Below, one piece after another: positions 58,301 to 64,000 of a DNA stretch of 64,000 nucleotides. A program made the position numbers and the translations under genes. The first letter of the stretch is position 1. The number at the start of each line of letters is the position of its first letter. Origin of the DNA: Lama guanicoe (taxonomy: Eukaryota); the NCBI GenBank assembly GCA_013239625.1, contig MU054323.1:20605082-20669081 (forward strand), given 5' to 3'. The notes beneath the pieces are model-generated. The model saw nothing but the letters and a program-made list of their open reading frames with translations, did not search any database and was not told the DNA's origin.

Positions 58301-59290
58301 ATACCAAAGAGCAGTGCATCTCTCTCCATTCTGAACAACCCAGCCTCACAGAGTGTGGGGGCGGAGATAGGGAGGGGCACCATGGCCCCACCATTCATGA
58401 GCTGGAAGACCTTGGGCAAGTGTCTGCAATTCTCCGAGCCAAATTTTCTTCATCGGTCAAGTGGGAGAGGATAGTACCACTCTCACGCCGGGTTGGTGAG
58501 GGGAGCTGGTTTTGTTGCACACTTATTGAGGCCCTTCTAGGAGCCAGGCCGGGGTGTGCAAGAAGGAACATGACGTTCTCTCTCTGAAGGAACTTATAGG
58601 CTGGAGAGGAAGACAGAGCCGTGAGCAGCTGGTGTAGGACAGTGTGCTCTGTGCTCCTGCAAAGGCTGGCCTGGGGGGACCCTGGGAGGCTGGGAGGGGG
58701 GTGAGGTGAGAGCTAAGGTTGAAATTCAGTTGAGGCAGAGAAAGCAGAGAGACGTGGTGGTGGTTGGCGGGGGGGGGGGTCCCAGGCAGGGGCATGGGGA
58801 GGGGAGCAGCCCACGGTTGTCCAGGCCTGGCTAGAAAGCACAGTCCTTCAGTTCAGGCAGCCTGAGGGAAAGGGTAGAGGGAAGCTGGAGAAAGCCTCTG
58901 GGAGGACCCCAGTTCTGGTGTGGGTGACTGGATGGATGTGGTGTCACAGCTGTGGAGACAGGGACAGTGGGGTGTGTGTGTGTTGGGGGGTCCACGTCTC
59001 CGGGGCATCTGAGAAGAAGCGGGTCCCAGGCTGCTGCACGGGGCTGTGAGGTGCCACCACGTGGGGGGCAGTCCCTTCATCTCTTCTACTGGCACATACA
59101 GTCTGCCAGACAGAGGGGCAGTTGGGGAATATTTGGGACTCCCTTAGCTTGTGGAGGGAGGGGGAGCCATCAAGGACATCCTGGGTGTGTCCCAGGACTT
59201 GCTTTGGAAAAGGACAACCCTTCCAGGGTTAGACGATAGAAGTTGCCTTCCTTACAGTTGTTTGCATTTTAATAGAACCCTCCAGAATAG

Positions 59291-59453
59291 CAGTGCTGTC
59301 CAACAGAACTTTCCAGGATGAGGGAAATGTTCAGTGCAGTAACCCTTAGCCACAACTGAGTCCTTGCAATGTGGCTAGTGTGACCGAGGAAGAATTTTAA
59401 GTTAAATGTTCACAGCTACATGCGGCTGGTGTCTACCATACTGGACAGCGCAG
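59291..59453. mobile_element. MER3-like hAT-Charlie element
   Basis: TIRs cagtgctgtccaa / ctggacagcgcag; internal aatgtggctagtgtgaccgagga. Confidence 0.85.
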
Positions 59454-59849
59454 ATCTACCTAGAATTTCTAAAGGAAAACAGTTGTCACCCTCACCTTAC
59501 AGCCCCGTGTTGGGGCAGATGAAGGAGACTTCCTGAACCCCCTCAGACTGGGTGTCTGTTGATTAGGTGTGAAAAAAAACCCAAGAGAGCAGTAACAAAC
59601 TGTCACATGGCACTTCCTACGTGGGGGGTTCTGTTCTTGCTAAGTGAGTTGACTGGTTCCCTTAAGCATCATGATAGCCCTGGGAGACAGAACTGACATT
59701 TTACAGATGGGGACATCAAGCCACTGGCTCACGTTCTCCCAGCTGGTAGGAACAAAGCTGAACTGGGCAGCTCAGGCTGCTACCCACACTGCTAGCCTGC
59801 AAACGGTTTTACCTATGGGCCCCTGAGCTAGGACCTCTCCCAGACACTA

Positions 59850-60020
59850 CCTGTGACATCATATTTTGACCTTCATGGGGGTTTTGTGTAGTAGGAACTG
59901 CGTCATCATCCCCATTTCAGAGACAAGGAAACTGAGGCTCAGAGAGTTGCTCAGGATTACACAGGTAGGGAGTGGCTGTGAAGTGAGCTTTGAACTCAGG
60001 TCTACGAGAGCCCTTGCCTG
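59850..60020 (-). mobile_element. MIR SINE
   Basis: catcatccccatttcagagacaaggaaactgaggctcagagag. Confidence 0.85.
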
Positions 60021-60584
60021 TCACGCCTGCAGACCAGGCCCCTCACACAGCAGTGGAGACACCTGCCCCGAGCCCTCTCATGCCTCAGCCCCAGCAGCAG
60101 CTCTGGGCTCACAGGGCTGTGCCTTGTAAGCTCCTGGCATGTCCACCCCCACAGACCCTCCAGGACCTCCCTGAGAAGCGAGAAAAACAGAACACCCACA
60201 GACCCACTGTTCTGAGCCTCTCAGCCCAGAGGGATTTAGGTCTGCTTCCATGAGAATCAATATGCAGCATCTTTACCAGCAGCCTTACTGGGACAACTCA
60301 TACCTGGTGCTGGGTGGTCTCTTTTCCCAGGGTTCATATAGAAACCCCAAAGTTAAGAAGTCTCCAGAGGGGTCCTCCCACCTCCTCTGAGCCTTAGTTA
60401 TCTGTGGAATGAGAGGGCTACACTAGGTCATGGTTTTTTAAAAACTTTTTCAGCATTAAAATTGTTTTTATAAGGAATCATGATTTCCAGTTTACTCTCC
60501 ACACAATTGAAATCATTTAAAAATGTGAATGTGGCTGTCTTACTCCCTAGCTTAAAATCTTTCAGTGGCTCCCCCTGCTCTGGG

Positions 60585-61055
60585 GACAGTGCCTGCCCTC
60601 ATGAAGCTTAGAGTTCCAGAAGGAAGGCCAATATATACATAAACAAAGGCATCAAAAATATGTCAAAGGATGACAAATGGAGGGAAAAAATAAAGCAGGA
60701 TGAAAGATTCCAGACGGGGCTGTGGTTTTAGAGAGGGTGGTCTGGGTGGCCCCCTGAAAAGGTGACAGCTGGAAATGGGAGGAAAAGGGCCGTGTGGAAG
60801 AGAATGACAGAAGGAATAGCAAGTGCAAAGATCCTGAGACAGAATGTAGGCCTAACATGATTATGAACCAGCAAGGAGGCCTGAGTGGTTGGAGCAGGAG
60901 GAGGGGAGGGAGAGTCAAGGTCAGAAGGGAAAGGGGCTAGTGGGTGGATGGGGAGGGATAGATCATGTAGGACCTCGTAGGCCTTGGTAAGATTTTATTC
61001 TGAGTGAGGATTTTGAGCTGAAGGTTGACTTGATTTCACTGTGTTTTAAAAGCAC
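60585..61055 (-). mobile_element. L2 LINE fragment
   Basis: cctgccctcatgaagctta...aggaatagcaagtgcaaagatcctgag...taggccttggtaagattttattctgagtga. Confidence 0.8.
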
Positions 61056-61479
61056 AGGTGAGGCAGGGCGTGGTCTAGCATGGAAAGAAACCCTAGAAAG
61101 CTTCTTGGAAATCTCAGTTTCCAGACAGTGTAGGAGTAAATCCGGAGTCTGAGGCAGCCTCAGACAATTTGAAGGAGCCATTACTTAGCTTCCTTTGAAT
61201 TTGGCTTCTACCTTTTCCTAGCTTATTGGCCTCTGGCCTATGACAACTCCTCTGAACTCAGTTTCCTCATCTTTGAAATGGGGCTAGTGACATTACTTCA
61301 GTCTTGGGTAAGCTAAGAGCACTGTCTTAAGCTTTAGCACACGATAGGAGTTCCATAAATAGGAGCTATTAGAGTCTTTAAGGCATGGAGATCAGGAGAC
61401 CTGTGGGCATGAACTGGGGGAGGAGGGGAAGCCAAGATGATGAAGCATGATGGTGGCGATAATACTAACAATAGTAATA

Positions 61480-61710
61480 ATAACAGCCAGCTAATGCTTG
61501 CTGACCACTTACCACCTCTAGGCACTTCACATCTATTATCCCACTTAATCTTTACAACAAAAACATGGACAACAATGGATTCGCCCATTTTTCAAATGAA
61601 GAAACTGAGGCTCAAAGAGGCAGTGAACTGTGCTCAAGGGCACTCAGTGGGTCATTGGCAGCACCTGGGACCTTTTCCCCACCTGACTCCAGTCCCAGTT
61701 CTTTCCACTG
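61480..61710 (-). mobile_element. MIR SINE
   Basis: cccatttttcaaatgaagaaactgaggctcaaagagg. Confidence 0.85.
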
Positions 61711-62268
61711 GTGATAACTTCCTGGGTTCCGGGGCAAAGGATCCAAATGAGTCCCCCTCTCAGGGGAATTTATATTTTTAGCGGGGAGCTCTGAGGGCAA
61801 TTTTCTTTTAATTGAAAAGGTTATTTTAAAATGTTTAATTAAAATACAGAAAAGTTCAAAGTATAAAATTTTTAAAATGGTGTAGAAATTATTGAACTAA
61901 GAATATGATGCTCTAATAGAGGAATTGGTGGGGGACAGAGAGTAGGTGAGACACCTCGAGGGCTGAGCCCACCACTCCAGCCCCATCCTGTGCCATGTTG
62001 TTCTGTTCTCCACCTTCAGGTGCCTTATCCTTTTCTTTCTTCTGTGAAGTCATGCTCCCTCTAACCACAGGGCCTTTGCACCAGCTGTTCCTGTTACTTA
62101 GAAATCTGCTTAACTGCTCCTTTGCCTTATTAAGTATTTCTTACCCTTTGTCTTTCTTACTTCTTTAAGGGCTTCCAGAACCCTAAGTGAGGTCAGTTCC
62201 CCTGACAGAGGTTCCCTTAGTGCCCTGTCCTTCCCTTTTGTGGAAGGGATTTCAGCTTGTGGATATAC

Positions 62269-62750
62269 TTTTTTTTTTTCAATTAAGAGATTATTCACCT
62301 ACAATAAAATTTCCCACATTAAAGTATCCAAATGTACACATTTCAGTTTATTCACAAGGTTGTGCAACCATCACTGCTAATTCTAGAATATTTTCATCAA
62401 CCCCCCGCAGAGAAACACTGTGTCTATCAGCAGTCATTCCCTGTTCATTTTCCAGCCCCTGGTAACTACTAATCTATTTTTTGTCTTTATGGATTTGCCT
62501 ATTTTGGACATTTCATATAAGTGGAATCATACAACATGTGGTCTTTTGTGTCTGGCCTCTTTCACTTTTAATGTTTTCAAGGCTCATCCATGTTGTAGCG
62601 TGTGTCAGTACTTCATTCCTCTCTGTGATGAAATACGATCCCGTTGTGTGGGTGTACCACCTTTTGTTGATTTATTCATCTGTTGATGCGCATGTGGGTT
62701 GTTTCCACTTTTTGGCTATTGTGAACAAGTGTGCACATGTTTTTATGTGG
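62269..62750 (-). mobile_element. L1 (L1MB-like) 3' fragment
   Basis: poly-T; tgtgcaaccatcact...tatggatttgcctattttggacatttcatataagtggaatcatacaa...gtttccactttttggctattgtgaa. Confidence 0.92.
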
Positions 62751-62824
62751 CCATCGTGGAGCATGCATCATCATGTAGCAGAAACAGACGTTAGTAAAAC
62801 CGTTCTAAAAAACCAATGTATCAC

Positions 62825-63130
62825 ATTGGAAAACAGTACAGCAGCTCCTCAAAAAGTTAAACATAGAGTTATCATATGATCCAGCAATGCCCCTTGTAGG
62901 TATATAACCCAAAGAACTGAAAACATATGTTCACACAAAACTTGTACACCGGTGTTCACAGCAGTGTGGTTCAACAACAGCCAAAAGGTGGAAACAACTC
63001 AAACGTTCAACTGGTGAATAAAAACCAAAAGACAGTACGTCCATAGCGTGGAATATTATCCTGTCATACAAAGGAATGAAGTCTGATTCATGCTGCAACA
63101 TGAATGAAACTTGAAAACATGTACACTCCA
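62825..63130 (+). mobile_element. L1 (L1MB-like) fragment, opposite orientation to 62269-62750
   Basis: ggaaaacagt...ctcaaaaagttaaacatagagttatcatatgatccagcaat...agccaaaaggtggaaacaac...aggaatgaagt. Confidence 0.9.
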
Positions 63131-64000
63131 TGAAGGCAGGGGTGACATCTGTCAGGTCACCTCTGTTACCACAGTGCCGGCGTGTACCAGATAATCAAGG
63201 ACTACCTGTGGGATGAACAAAAGGTCTCGGCAGGAGTCCCCACATCCCACCCTCAGACGTCAGCACAGAATCCCAGGGCAGTGGAGGGGAGCCTGCCAGC
63301 ACATCTGACTCACACCAGCCGTGGCCCTCAGCTATATATGCCTCTTGCCCTGCGGCATCTAGGATTTCCATCTTCACAATGTGTCGCCTCGGGAGTCCAG
63401 ACATCCTGTAGGTCCTGCAACATTGGCCTGTCTGGACCTGAAGCTTCAGCAGTAGCCAGGCCAGGGAGCGACAGCCAGGTAGTCCAAGATCAACTCCGAC
63501 GTGCCTCAGCCACGTTCCTCTCCCCTGAAGTCCACTCCTTCTCCACTTGGGCATGCAGGGGAACAAACAGCAGGTCGCCAAGGACGCCGCAGCCCCTTCT
63601 CCAGTGGTACAGGGCCCAGAGATGCTCCCGCAAGCAGCCTCTCACTCCAGTCACTACATGTGGGCGGTGGGATTTGGAAAGACCAAGGCCTGGGTCTCCC
63701 CTCCCCGTAAAACCAGCACCTGGACCAGTAGGGGGGTCACAGGCCACTCCACAGCCTGGCCCAGCCTCCTGCGGAGGGGTCAGTGGGAATTCTGTGTTTC
63801 ATCAAATATTGCTGGGCCACAGAGTTGTATTTGAAAATAATTTTAATTAGCCGGAAACTAGGAGTTCAATAAATGGAAAACAGAGAAATTTCCAAGGCCA
63901 CAGCTGGGAAACACTCACTTTTTTAAAAATTCCGCCTGGCTTCCCAGGCCAGCTAAACACCCTGACACAAGGGCCCGACTGCCAGAGGAATCCACAAGGA

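Noticed and set aside
1..64000. CRISPR array, prokaryotic or viral insert, NUMT, snRNA/rRNA, or naming the neighbouring gene
   Set aside because: No regularly spaced repeat-spacer array, gene-dense segment or recognisable structural RNA seen; the locus cannot be identified without a search.

Overview
Mammalian, GC-rich, repeat-rich DNA with no protein-coding exon I can recognise; it looks intergenic or deep intronic. Five copies of a tRNA(Ala)-derived SINE resembling camelid vic-1, plus cetartiodactyl-type L1 3' ends, suggest a camelid genome (inference). The only gene-derived sequence is a full-length processed RPL17 pseudogene on the minus strand (~7185-7785). It sits at the centre of a four-layer nest: MIR <- MLT1 LTR <- MER45-like hAT <- RPL17 retrocopy. 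The rest is MIR, L2, L1, MLT1/LTR33 and small DNA transposons (MER91, MER58, MER5, MER81, Tigger1, MER3) separated by motif-dense unique islands that look like enhancers. The most striking unexplained pattern is two modules 1.56 kb apart that share CACCTGAGCAGGTGT (inverted E-box pair) followed by TCTAAAAATAG (MEF2 site), with a looser third copy at ~48.4 kb; this suggests a muscle-type regulatory cluster. Repeat family names come from recalled consensus sequences, not a database search. All regulatory calls are motif-based hypotheses. I found no CRISPR array, prokaryotic system or convincing novel protein-coding gene.
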